From positions 68,532 through 132,531 of the forward strand of contig CAYHBD010000016.1 of NCBI GenBank assembly GCA_964354805.1: a DNA stretch of 64,000 nucleotides, given 5' to 3'. The notes beneath the pieces are model-generated. The model was not told the origin of the DNA, did not search any database, and saw only the letters and a list, made by a program, of their open reading frames with translations. The translations under genes and the position numbers were made by a program. Positions 46,714-55,295 of this stretch are shown here, piece by piece. This DNA comes from an uncultured archaeon (GTDB lineage Archaea > Iainarchaeota > Iainarchaeia > Iainarchaeales > GCA-2688035). Every line of letters begins with the position of its first letter. Within the stretch, counting starts at the first letter, position 1.

Positions 46714-47844
46714 ATGCCAGGCAACATTTTTGCAAAAAAGGCAAGGATTCACGAGCTGTTCAAGGACGAGCGCTTCCTTTACCCCGAGTATGTTCCGGAG
46801 CGTTTGCCCCACAGGGATGCCGAGGTTGATTCCCTTGTTTTTGCACTGCAGCCTGTATTGCAGGGGAAAAAGCCACAGAATGTTTTTGTTTCCGGAAAAA
46901 GTGGAACAGGAAAAACAGCAACAGTGCGCTTTGTTCTGAACGAATTGCAGCAGTACAGTGACAGGGCAAAAGGGCTTTACATCAATTGCTTCCAGTTCAA
47001 CACAAGGCATTCAGTTCTAACGCAGATTGCGAACTTTTTGGGCGAGGCAACCCCACGAAGAGGGATTGCTTCAGATGAAACATACAGCCATATGCTGAAG
47101 GCATTGCAGTCCATAAATTTTGTGCCGGTAATTGTACTGGACGAAGCAGACCAATTAATGCATGAAAAAGAGGCAAGCAAGCTGTTCTATGACCTACTGC
47201 GCGTTATTGAACAGCACCACAAGGGCTTTGGCCTGGTTTTCATTAGCAATGTTGCAGAATTCACCGCATTGCTTGATGCAAGGGTAAAAAGCAGCCTTGC
47301 GGAGCAAACAATCTGCTTCGAGCAGTATTCACCCCAACAGCTTAAGGACATTCTGAGGGAGAGAGCCCAGTATGCTTTTTTTCCAAATGCCCTTGAGCCA
47401 GATGTAATAAATGTTGCTGCTGCCCATGCAGCAAAATTCGGCGGGGATGCAAGGATTGCAATAGAGTGCCTTTTGAAAGCAGGGAGGGAAGCTGAAAGGG
47501 AGAACGCCCTCAAGGTTACAGTGCAGCATTTGCAGAAGGTTTTCCCCCTGATTGATTCAGCCGCCTTGCAGAAAGCGATTAATTATTTGGGCGAGCACGA
47601 GAAAGCAATCCTGCAATCGATTCCTGCAAACCAGGTAATTGCAAGCGGGGATTTGTTCGCTGCCTACAAAAAAGCTGTAAAGAAGCCGTTCTCGCAAAGG
47701 CAGTTCAGGACAATGAGGGCAAACCTGGAGAGAATGCATTTGATTAATTGCAAAGAAGCCGCAAAGGGAAAAATGGGCAGGACAGTGTTTATTTCCCTTG
47801 CTTTTCCCAAAAGCAGGCTTGAGCCATCCACCACAAACAAATAA
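46714..47844 (+). CDS. cdc6: Orc1/Cdc6 replication initiator
   Basis: ATG at 46714. PERLPHRDAEVDSL, Walker A VSGKSGTGKTAT, Walker B VIVLDEADQL, and a C-terminal winged helix. Confidence 0.9.
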   Translation: MPGNIFAKKARIHELFKDERFLYPEYVPERLPHRDAEVDSLVFALQPVLQGKKPQNVFVSGKSGTGKTATVRFVLNELQQYSDRAKGLYINCFQFNTRHSVLTQIANFLGEATPRRGIASDETYSHMLKALQSINFVPVIVLDEADQLMHEKEASKLFYDLLRVIEQHHKGFGLVFISNVAEFTALLDARVKSSLAEQTICFEQYSPQQLKDILRERAQYAFFPNALEPDVINVAAAHAAKFGGDARIAIECLLKAGREAERENALKVTVQHLQKVFPLIDSAALQKAINYLGEHEKAILQSIPANQVIASGDLFAAYKKAVKKPFSQRQFRTMRANLERMHLINCKEAAKGKMGRTVFISLAFPKSRLEPSTTNK

Positions 47845-47884
47845 AAACCTTATTAACCCATTAATTTTAATCGGTGAGTAATGG

Positions 47885-48925
47885 GTGGCTAAAAAGGGTG
47901 CTGGGAAAAAGTCTGCCAAAAAAGGCAGGGCTGGGAAGAGGGCAAAGCCAGCCGCTGTTTCTAAAGTAGTTAAACGGGACATTAAGTCCTTGCAAAAAGG
48001 GTTGAAGAAAGAGATTTCCCTGACAAAAAAGGTCAGCAGGAAAGCAGGCAAGCAGGAGAACCAGCTTGATTTGCTTGCAAAAGAGATTGAAAAGCTTAAG
48101 AAGAAAAAGAAGAGGTCTGCCCTCTCTGAATACAACAAGTTCATGAGACAGCAGATAAGGAAAGGGCTTTCTTTCAGGCAGGCTGTAAGGGAGTGGAACA
48201 AGAGGAAAAAGGCGCTTGCAAAAAAGACCAAGAAACCAACAGCATACAACGTGTTTGTTTCAATGCAGTTAAAGCAAGGCAAAACAATGAAGCAGGCTAT
48301 CGCAGCATGGAACAGGCTGAAGAATCCTGCCAAGAGAAAAAGACCGGCAGGAAAAAAGTTTGCGGTTGCAAAGCCAAAAGCAAAGGCACTAAAAAAGAGG
48401 CCTGCAAAGAGAAAGGCAGCAAAGCCGAGAAAAAAGCCAGTGAAGAGGAAGGCAGCAAAGCCAAGGAAAAAGAGGGTTGTGAGGCGCAGAAGGCCTGTTA
48501 AGAGGCGGATTGTGAAGCCCAAGAGAAAGATGGTTTTAAGGCGGAAGCTGCCTGTTGTAAAGCCAAAGCGCATTGTGCGCAGGGTTACTGTTGAAAAGCC
48601 GGTTATTTTGACAAAACAAGTTTTCCCCAAAGAAGAGATTGTACTGCTTATTGAGAAAGCGATTGAAAAGCTTTCATCGGCAGAAAAGCGGGTTGTTGTA
48701 GAATCAAGGGCAATTTCAGCCCAAAAGGGCGAACTACTTTGCGATGAAGAGGTTGCGCTCAGAATGCTCAATGTTTATTTCTCTGAGATAGCGAGGTATG
48801 GCCTGAAAAGGAAGCTTACTCTTGATGAAGTGATTAACGCCTACTTTTATGCATTGCTGCGGATTGAGAGAAAGGGCATTGAAATCAATGAAATAAAGGA
48901 AGCAATGCTCAGGAAAGGAATGTAG
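47885..48925 (+). CDS. Lys/Arg-rich putative DNA-binding protein with two HMG/YABBY-like helical repeats and a C-terminal domain duplicated in the next gene
   Basis: GTG start. Repeats SEYNKFMRQQIRKGLSFRQAVREWNKRK and TAYNVFVSMQLKQGKTMKQAIAAWNRLK. KRKAAKPRKKPV occurs twice. C-terminal domain EEVALRMLNVYFSEIARYGLKRKLTLDEVINAYFYALLRI. Confidence 0.55.
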   Translation: MAKKGAGKKSAKKGRAGKRAKPAAVSKVVKRDIKSLQKGLKKEISLTKKVSRKAGKQENQLDLLAKEIEKLKKKKKRSALSEYNKFMRQQIRKGLSFRQAVREWNKRKKALAKKTKKPTAYNVFVSMQLKQGKTMKQAIAAWNRLKNPAKRKRPAGKKFAVAKPKAKALKKRPAKRKAAKPRKKPVKRKAAKPRKKRVVRRRRPVKRRIVKPKRKMVLRRKLPVVKPKRIVRRVTVEKPVILTKQVFPKEEIVLLIEKAIEKLSSAEKRVVVESRAISAQKGELLCDEEVALRMLNVYFSEIARYGLKRKLTLDEVINAYFYALLRIERKGIEINEIKEAMLRKGM

Positions 48926-48936
48926 GTGAACAATGC

Positions 48937-49227
48937 ATGGCTGGATTGAGCAATGAAGAGATTGCGGCAAGGATTGTGCAAATCTATTTTGAGGAAGTTG
49001 CAAGGCTTGGCTTCAGGAGAAAGCTTTCGCTTGATGAAACAATAAACTCATACTATTACACTCTGCTTCGCTTGGGCAAAAAGAGAGAGGAAGAGGAAAA
49101 AGCCAAAGCGCTTGTTCTAAAGGAAGAAGCAGAACTTAAAACAGAAACAAAACAAGAAATTCTGCCGAGCCAGCAAACAGTCACAACAACAAAAACAGTT
49201 GAAACAATGACAACAAGAAAAGAGTAA
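48937..49227 (+). CDS. Small protein paralogous to the C-terminal domain of the preceding gene
   Basis: EEIAARIVQIYFEEVARLGFRRKLSLDETINSYYYTLLRL aligns position by position with residues near the C-terminus of ORF 47885-48925. Confidence 0.5.
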   Translation: MAGLSNEEIAARIVQIYFEEVARLGFRRKLSLDETINSYYYTLLRLGKKREEEEKAKALVLKEEAELKTETKQEILPSQQTVTTTKTVETMTTRKE

Positions 49228-49247
49228 GCGAAGAGAAATAAGTTTCT

Positions 49248-49736
49248 TTATTTCCTTTGAATTCTGGGAACCCTGCTTGTTTTCCTGCGTTTGAATGCCA
49301 GCCTTTCATTCATTGTTGGGTTTCCTGAATATCTCCCCCTTATTGTTTCAGCATTTGGGTATCTCCAAGAATTCGGGTGCTGCATTGCGTATTCTTTACC
49401 AAAAACAGGGATTGCACCTTTGAGAAGCATTCTTCCTGCTGCACGCCTAAAGTTGATATCTTTGAAAGGCCCTTCTTCAATCGGGAACCACCTTATTTTA
49501 CTGATCAGCTGCAGCGAGCGTGCATTGGACAGGAGAGGGGCCATAGCGTTTTTTACATGCTCGTTGCCTCTACATACTATAACCACATCAATGTCTGATT
49601 TCGGCACTGCCATGTTTGCTGCAACGCTTCCGCAGACAAAAACAGCTTTCAAATTCTCGCCCATGCGCTTTTGCAGTTCTGCGGCAAACTTGTGCGCTTG
49701 CTGCATTTTTTGTTTCGAAGGAGTCAACTTTGCCAT
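49248..49736 (-). CDS. Nucleotidyltransferase-fold (pol-beta/MNT-like) protein
   Basis: VFVCGSVAANMAVPKSDIDVVIV (G-S ... D-x-D motif). Confidence 0.65.
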   Translation of the reverse strand: MAKLTPSKQKMQQAHKFAAELQKRMGENLKAVFVCGSVAANMAVPKSDIDVVIVCRGNEHVKNAMAPLLSNARSLQLISKIRWFPIEEGPFKDINFRRAAGRMLLKGAIPVFGKEYAMQHPNSWRYPNAETIRGRYSGNPTMNERLAFKRRKTSRVPRIQRK

Positions 49737-49872
49737 ATGAGCCTCCTGCTTTGTTTTTTTTCTTCTTTTTAATTTATGCCCTTATTCTTCGCTTTATCGG
49801 CAGCCTCAGCTGAATTATTGTGCCCCTGTTTGGGCCATAAGAGGCAGTCGCCAAACTTGTTATATATCGTAA

Positions 49873-50316
49873 TTACCGCTTTCTCCCCATTATCATTACC
49901 GCATCTTGTATATCCCCAAAATAAGCGCCGAATTCATGTAACAGATCTTCAGTTTTGTGTAACCCCAATGTTATCGGGTTTGTATTAATTACGCTTGTCA
50001 TTTGTCCTCTCTTAACAAAATATTCCCCGCAAAGAACAGCCAGTTCGTATTTTCCTTCCCATATTTGTTTTCTCCTTTCCAAAAATTCGTCACGTTTCCT
50101 TTTGAGAACCGATAAATCTTTTTCTTCAAAGCAATCAACTGAGTATGCTTTGACATCGGTCCCAAGTTTTTCAGTAGCAGTTATCAATGCAGCAGCTTTT
50201 TGTCGCATTGTCCTCATTACGGCGATTTTCTTTGCCGTCGACAGGTTGAGGAATTTTTTTGAAAGCAAATTTCTTGGAACTCTCCTGATGTAATTCCTTT
50301 TCTGCATAAAAATCAC
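49873..50316 (-). CDS. Hypothetical protein
   Basis: 147-aa ORF upstream of the NTase gene on the same strand. No motif recognised (no HEPN Rx4-6H). Confidence 0.35.
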   Translation of the reverse strand: MIFMQKRNYIRRVPRNLLSKKFLNLSTAKKIAVMRTMRQKAAALITATEKLGTDVKAYSVDCFEEKDLSVLKRKRDEFLERRKQIWEGKYELAVLCGEYFVKRGQMTSVINTNPITLGLHKTEDLLHEFGAYFGDIQDAVMIMGRKR

Positions 50317-50510
50317 TAGTGGCTCAGCTGTATTTTCACGACATCGTTCATTTTCAAAGCATGTTCTTTCCCTAATTTTTGTTTGCTTCTTCTTTTGAGT
50401 GCATCTATTCTATAGATGGGTTTAACTCTTTAAATTAGTTTCTAAAACGCCCTTGTCAATTTTTGTTTTCATCTCATCACCTCCCTTGGATTGAATTTTT
50501 TCTTAGGACT

Positions 50511-50588
50511 CTGCTTTTCTCGGCTTAAACCTTTCCCTGCCTTATTGCAGGTCGGCTTCGCCTAAAGGTTTAATGCCTCCAAAAGCAG
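50511..50588. ncRNA. Candidate structured RNA/DNA element (nested perfect stems); strand undetermined
   Basis: CTGCTTTT (50511-18) pairs with AAAAGCAG (50581-88). GGC (50522-24) pairs with GCC (50575-77). TTAAACCTTT (50525-34) pairs with AAAGGTTTAA (50564-73). Inner hairpins are CCTGC-cttatt-GCAGG and GGC-ttc-GCC. Confidence 0.35.
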
Positions 50589-50631
50589 CAGAGACGTCCA
50601 CGAAAAAATTCATTAAATTGGAGGTGATTCG

Positions 50632-50775
50632 ATGGATTTCAAAAAATTCGATTTTCCTCTTCCAACAGAGGAGGAAATAAGGGTTGTAAAAGAGATAGCA
50701 AAAGTTGCTTCAGAGGAGCTGGATGGAAGGGATATGTGGATTTTGCGGGAGTTCTTGGAGAGTGATTCCGAATGA
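50632..50775 (+). CDS. Small acidic ORF (47 aa) with strong Shine-Dalgarno
   Basis: GGAGGTGAttcgATG. Translation MDFKKFDFPLPTEEEIRVVKEIAKVASEELDGRDMWILREFLESDSE. No family recognised. Confidence 0.3.
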   Translation: MDFKKFDFPLPTEEEIRVVKEIAKVASEELDGRDMWILREFLESDSE

Positions 50776-50908
50776 ATCACTCTTCTTCCACTTCCACAGG
50801 AAATCTTTCCGCATGCGCAGCTGACAGCGGAAGTTTTCATAAGGAAAAAGCAGCGGAAGCCCGCTCTCTTCCAAGGGTGTTTATAATGAGAAAAAAGGGG
50901 GTTTTATT

Positions 50909-52177
50909 ATGGGTGTTGAGGAGTTAGACTTTGATTTATTCGAATTGCATGATCCAAAAGACGACAAAAAGCCGTATTTTTGGACGAAAATTGGAGGCAA
51001 AGAGATTCAATCACTATTCGAAGATTTAGTTAATAATATTTGTAAAACAAAAAATGTGAATAAAAATGAGCTGGCTAAAGAATTAAGCAAAGAGCTGGGT
51101 TGCTGTGTTTCACTTTTGCAAAAATATTTTTATTCCAAAAGGGATCTTTATCCAATCCCTTTAATCAACCGATTACTAGACCTGCTTGAGAATGAAAATA
51201 AAAAAATGCAAATGAAAAGTTTATTTTCTAAAAAGATTGAATACTTAAAGATCGGGGGCTCTAGCCAAAGACAAAGGGCGGTTAAATATTTGACGCCAGA
51301 ACAGGCAAAACTTTGCGGAGCAATTGTTGCCGATGGGTGTTTAGTAAAATCTAAAGTTGGAGAGCACGGGATTGTCATTAGGGATTATTACAAGAAAGCA
51401 TTAGCAAAGACAAACGCTTGGTTCAACCAAGCCCTTGGCATTTCTTCTGTTGTGAGAAAGGACAAAGGGAAACCAAGCCATTTTCTAAAAATCGATAACA
51501 AAATTGCTGCAAATTTTTTTAACAAATTTTTTGAGATACCATTTGGAAAAAAATCAGCAATTGTTAAGGAACCACAGATAATTAAACATTCCCCATACAG
51601 GCTAGACTTTGCAGAAGGGGCACTTCTGTTTGATGGAAGTGTTGAGTTGGACTACCTGGTTTCCTATGGGACAATCAGTAAAAAGTTAGCAGAAGATTTG
51701 CTCGAAATTCTAACCCTAAATGGCTTTGAAATTGAATTAAGATATTTCAAAACAACTGGTCTGTATAGATTACGAACTAAAAGATTAACAAGGGAGCAAA
51801 CAGACAAATGGATTGCCTTTTTTGGCAAAGACACTGAGAAAGGCAGTAAGCTTTATCAAATGACTTACGGCTTTCCAAATAGGGTGGGCTCTGTGGGTTA
51901 TTTCATGTTTGCAATTTCAAATTTCTGCAATTTTGCAAACAGTTCAAAGATTTCAATTAAAGACGTCTTCGCCGCAATAAAAGAAAATAATTGCGTAACA
52001 AAGGCGACTTTGAAAGATATTCTAAGAATTGGAACAAGCACTCTTTACAAATATTTATGGATCCTAGAAAAAACAAACTCAATCAAAGCTGAAAAATTTA
52101 ATGGCGGTGAAAATAGAGAAAACAAATATTCTTACAATCCAAATATTTGGGAATGGCGTGCGCCATCAAAGCTTTAA
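50909..52177 (+). CDS. Free-standing HTH-LAGLIDADG-wHTH protein, paralog of 19641-20978
   Basis: LAGLIDADG-like motifs LCGAIVADGCL and AEGALLFDGSV. N-terminal HTH-like NKNELAKELSKELGCCVSLLQKYF. C-terminal wHTH-like ATLKDILRIGTSTLYKYLWILEK. Confidence 0.5.
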   Translation: MGVEELDFDLFELHDPKDDKKPYFWTKIGGKEIQSLFEDLVNNICKTKNVNKNELAKELSKELGCCVSLLQKYFYSKRDLYPIPLINRLLDLLENENKKMQMKSLFSKKIEYLKIGGSSQRQRAVKYLTPEQAKLCGAIVADGCLVKSKVGEHGIVIRDYYKKALAKTNAWFNQALGISSVVRKDKGKPSHFLKIDNKIAANFFNKFFEIPFGKKSAIVKEPQIIKHSPYRLDFAEGALLFDGSVELDYLVSYGTISKKLAEDLLEILTLNGFEIELRYFKTTGLYRLRTKRLTREQTDKWIAFFGKDTEKGSKLYQMTYGFPNRVGSVGYFMFAISNFCNFANSSKISIKDVFAAIKENNCVTKATLKDILRIGTSTLYKYLWILEKTNSIKAEKFNGGENRENKYSYNPNIWEWRAPSKL

Positions 52178-53358
52178 TGCTTAAGTAGAATCTTGATCAC
52201 ATCATCATATCGCAATTCATATTCGTCAGAAATTTTTTGGCCTGTTCTGCAATTGATGGCCCCCATATACCTATCCAAAAAACTGCTGTGGACTTTGCCA
52301 GCTAAATCTTTTGTAGTGCTCCCTTTTTTCATTAGATATGCATCTGGAAGAACCTGCCCTTGCCCATTAGCCAGTTTATGCTGGTCCTCTACAGGATAAA
52401 CAACAATCAGCTTTAGCAGTTCAAAAGCTGTTTTATTAATTGCCTGCTGAACCCCTGTGCTGCCCCAAACATCCAGCATATGCGTTTGAATAAAGTCAAG
52501 CGCGTGCTTCTGCTGTTCATTCATGTTGCCCTTTGCACTAAACTCTTTCGCACCAGGAACATAATCAATCAATCCAGTCCTTGCAGCTTTCCTCAGCGTT
52601 AACTCTGCTTCAGCGCAGCATGGCACAAAAATCTTTTCTGGGAATTCCTTTTTCAATTTTTCAAAGTTCTCTTTTGCCTGGGGCAAATCCATTTTGTTGC
52701 ATGCAATCAGCATTGGCTTGCTCCTCTGCCTTATTGCTGACGCAAACCTAAGCACTTCCTCTTCATTCCACTCGCTTGGCTTTGGGCCGAAATGCTCGCT
52801 TTCAAAAACATCTTTCACCTGTCCTTCACCCATTCCAAGCCCGCTTAACTGATCTGCAATCGGCTCCCAGGGCTTGCTGCTTGCTGTAGCGCCCTTGCTT
52901 ATCTTTGCCCAGTTCTTTTCCAAAATCCCGCGCACCCAGTAATCAATCTCTTTCTCCAAAAACCTGACATCGTTTGCAGGATCATGACCTTTTGCCGGAT
53001 TTCCCTCTGCATCAGTTGTGCCGCTGCAATCCAAAACATGAATCAGTGCAGCTGCCTGCATTAAATCGTTCATAAACTGGTTGCCCAATCCCTTGCCCTG
53101 CCATGCTCCCTCGATCAATCCCGCAACATCCAGCAAAGTTGCGGGAATCAGCCGAATGCCATTCTCGCATTTGCTGTTCTGGGGCATGCACTGCTTTCCA
53201 AACTCAGGGTGCACGCATTTTGCCGTAACATACCCAGTTCCTTGGTTCGGCTTTATTGTTACAAAAGGCCTGTTTCCAATCTCAGCATCAACAAGCGAGG
53301 CAGCGCTGAAAAAGGTAGTTTTTCCGGTGTTTGTTTTTCCAACAATTCCAATCTGCAT
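52174..53358 (-). CDS. ychF: YchF/OLA1-type P-loop GTPase/ATPase with C-terminal TGS domain
   Basis: G1 IGIVGKTNTGKTT, G3 LLDVAGL, G4 ACNKMD, and a TGS-like C-terminus. Confidence 0.8.
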   Translation of the reverse strand: MQIGIVGKTNTGKTTFFSAASLVDAEIGNRPFVTIKPNQGTGYVTAKCVHPEFGKQCMPQNSKCENGIRLIPATLLDVAGLIEGAWQGKGLGNQFMNDLMQAAALIHVLDCSGTTDAEGNPAKGHDPANDVRFLEKEIDYWVRGILEKNWAKISKGATASSKPWEPIADQLSGLGMGEGQVKDVFESEHFGPKPSEWNEEEVLRFASAIRQRSKPMLIACNKMDLPQAKENFEKLKKEFPEKIFVPCCAEAELTLRKAARTGLIDYVPGAKEFSAKGNMNEQQKHALDFIQTHMLDVWGSTGVQQAINKTAFELLKLIVVYPVEDQHKLANGQGQVLPDAYLMKKGSTTKDLAGKVHSSFLDRYMGAINCRTGQKISDEYELRYDDVIKILLKH

Positions 53359-53569
53359 GTAAAAACCTGTACCTGAATCGCTTTTTATTTTAAACGCCAG
53401 CAGGCTTTTGATGCAATTGCAAAAGAAGTGGATGAAATGCCAGAGCTTTCGGATGCTGAACTGGAAGCATTGCTTGGGGAATAACCTTACCCTTTTTTTC
53501 TTTTTTTTGCAAGAATTTTTGTAATTTCTAATTATAATAAAAAACTAACCCTGTGGAAATTATTTCAAC

Positions 53570-54952
53570 ATGGCAGAGCTTTTTACCGACAAATTTTTTC
53601 CACAAAATTTTGAGCACTTCGTTGGAAACAGCGAGGTGGTTGAATCAGTAAAGCAGTGGGCAGACCAATGGGGCAAAGGGAAGCAGCAAAAGCCACTGCT
53701 GTTCTACGGTGCAACAGGAACAGGCAAGACATGCCTGGCGATTCTGACAGCAAAAATGTTCGGCTGGCAGCTGTTTGAATTCAATGCCAGTAATTTCAGG
53801 ACAAAGGACACTGTTGAAAAGATTGCAGGCAGCGCAGCACAGGGAGCAAGCTTTTTCGGAAAGCCAAGGCTGGTTTTATTGGATGAGGTTGATGGATTGC
53901 AGGGAACAGCCGACAGGGGCGGTGCAGCTGCAATCAGCGCTTTGCTGCGTTCAGCAAAAAACCCCGTTATTCTAACAGCAAACGACATTTACAGCGACCA
54001 AAAGATTGCCCCCCTGAGAGCGCAGTGCAACCTGATGCATTTCAAGAAAATAAATTACTTGAGCATTGCAAAGAGATTGCGGGAAATCTGTGCATTGGAA
54101 AAAATTGAGGCGGAAGAAGATGCTTTGCAATTGCTTGCGCGCAACTGCGCCGGAGATTTCAGGTCTGCTCTTTTGGATTTGCAGACACTTTCATTGAATG
54201 GCAAAATTGATTTGAATGCGGTGAATCTGCTCGGCTACCGGGAGAGGCAGCAGGATGTTTTCAAAACAATCGAAGCAATATTCAAGGGGAAAAGCCTTGC
54301 AGAAATAAGGAAAGCGAGAGCCCAGAGCGAGGTAAGCGATGAAATGCTTTTGAGGTGGATTGAGGAAAACATTCCAAGGCATTTTGTGGATGGAAATGAC
54401 ACGGCAAATGCTTTCGAGCGCTTGAGCAAAGCGGATGTATTCAATGGAAGGATAATGAACAGGCAGCACTACGGCTTTCTGCGCTACAGCAGCGAACTGA
54501 TGACAGCAGGAGTTGCCCTCTCAAGGGAGCACGATTACCATGGCTGGATTCATTACCAGTTTCCCGGGCTTTTAAGGGTGCTGAGCAAGAGCAAAAAGGA
54601 AAGGAATCTGAAAAAAGAGTTGTGCAAAAAGATTGGAAAGCAAACGCACTCAAGCAGCAGAGCGGTGATGGCGCAGGATTTGCCTTTCCTGCAGGTTTTC
54701 TTCAAAGAAAAGGAAAAGGCAGCGCGTTTTGCAGCCCAGTTCGATTTGAGCGAGGAAGAAATCGCTTTCCTGCTCAGCACAAAACCTGAAACAAAAAAAG
54801 TTGGTGCAATTGCAGCTACAGCAGAGCAGCTGAAAAAAGAGCGCATTGCGGAGAAAAGAAAACAGTTCGCGCCTTTGTCTGAGCAACCTGGAGAAGAGCT
54901 GGGTGAAGAAAAGCAACAGCAAGCAGAAGAAGGGCAAACGAAACTGCTTTAG
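53570..54952 (+). CDS. rfcL: Replication factor C large subunit
   Basis: Walker A LFYGATGTGKTCLA, Walker B LVLLDEVDGL, and a charged C-terminal tail typical of archaeal RfcL. Confidence 0.85.
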   Translation: MAELFTDKFFPQNFEHFVGNSEVVESVKQWADQWGKGKQQKPLLFYGATGTGKTCLAILTAKMFGWQLFEFNASNFRTKDTVEKIAGSAAQGASFFGKPRLVLLDEVDGLQGTADRGGAAAISALLRSAKNPVILTANDIYSDQKIAPLRAQCNLMHFKKINYLSIAKRLREICALEKIEAEEDALQLLARNCAGDFRSALLDLQTLSLNGKIDLNAVNLLGYRERQQDVFKTIEAIFKGKSLAEIRKARAQSEVSDEMLLRWIEENIPRHFVDGNDTANAFERLSKADVFNGRIMNRQHYGFLRYSSELMTAGVALSREHDYHGWIHYQFPGLLRVLSKSKKERNLKKELCKKIGKQTHSSSRAVMAQDLPFLQVFFKEKEKAARFAAQFDLSEEEIAFLLSTKPETKKVGAIAATAEQLKKERIAEKRKQFAPLSEQPGEELGEEKQQQAEEGQTKLL

Positions 54953-54956
54953 AAAA

Positions 54957-55229
54957 TTATTTATTTTCTTCTGTATCCTTTATCTTTTGTATGCCCATAA
55001 AACCAAAGAGGCCCAGTGCAGTCAAAAGATGGCTGTTCAGCATTCCGAGGGCGAGAAGCATTGCAAGAGGAGTAAACTCTGCCCAAACAAGGCCTGCGTT
55101 TATGAGCAATTTAGTCATAGCACATAGGCAAGGCAACTTGGACAGGATTGTCTTGACAATGCTGCGCTTGCAAATCAGAGCAAGCAGGCTGCCAAAGGAA
55201 GAAAAGAAGGCAAGAAGGGCAATACTCAA
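54957..55229 (-). CDS. Possible small membrane protein
   Basis: 90-aa ORF with 2-3 hydrophobic helices, immediately downstream of the 762-aa secreted-protein gene on the same strand. A competing plus-strand ORF looks non-protein-like. Confidence 0.3.
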   Translation of the reverse strand: MSIALLAFFSSFGSLLALICKRSIVKTILSKLPCLCAMTKLLINAGLVWAEFTPLAMLLALGMLNSHLLTALGLFGFMGIQKIKDTEENK

Positions 55230-55295
55230 AGATTATAGAAGAATGATAAGGGGCTGAACTTTTTTTTAAATTTCTGTTTCAAGCATTGCTTGGCA

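Noticed and set aside
47557-48771. 404-aa minus-strand ORF
   Set aside because: It is antisense to the Lys-rich gene. Its product is Phe/Leu/Ala low-complexity sequence generated by the complement of AAG/AAA-rich codons, so it is a shadow ORF.
49248-50316. MNT-HEPN toxin-antitoxin pair
   Set aside because: The NTase motif is present, but the neighbouring 147-aa ORF has no Rx4-6H HEPN motif and no recognisable antitoxin or toxin fold. Kept only as a speculative islet.
50400-50485. C/D-box sRNA (GTGATGA on the minus strand at about 50474-50482)
   Set aside because: No downstream CTGA D box or C'/D' arrangement is present. The GGAGGTGATGAG string more likely reflects an SD-like sequence before a 16-codon ORF.
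53378-53485. Open frame ending ...KRQQAFDAIAKEVDEMPELSDAELEALLGE*
   Set aside because: There is no ATG, GTG or TTG start in frame upstream (a TGA lies shortly before it). Only a 15-codon ATG ORF remains, so this is at most a gene remnant and cannot be supported as a feature.
54991-55257. 88-aa plus-strand ORF
   Set aside because: The product is basic and low-complexity and overlaps a more protein-like minus-strand membrane ORF. Neither is strongly supported.
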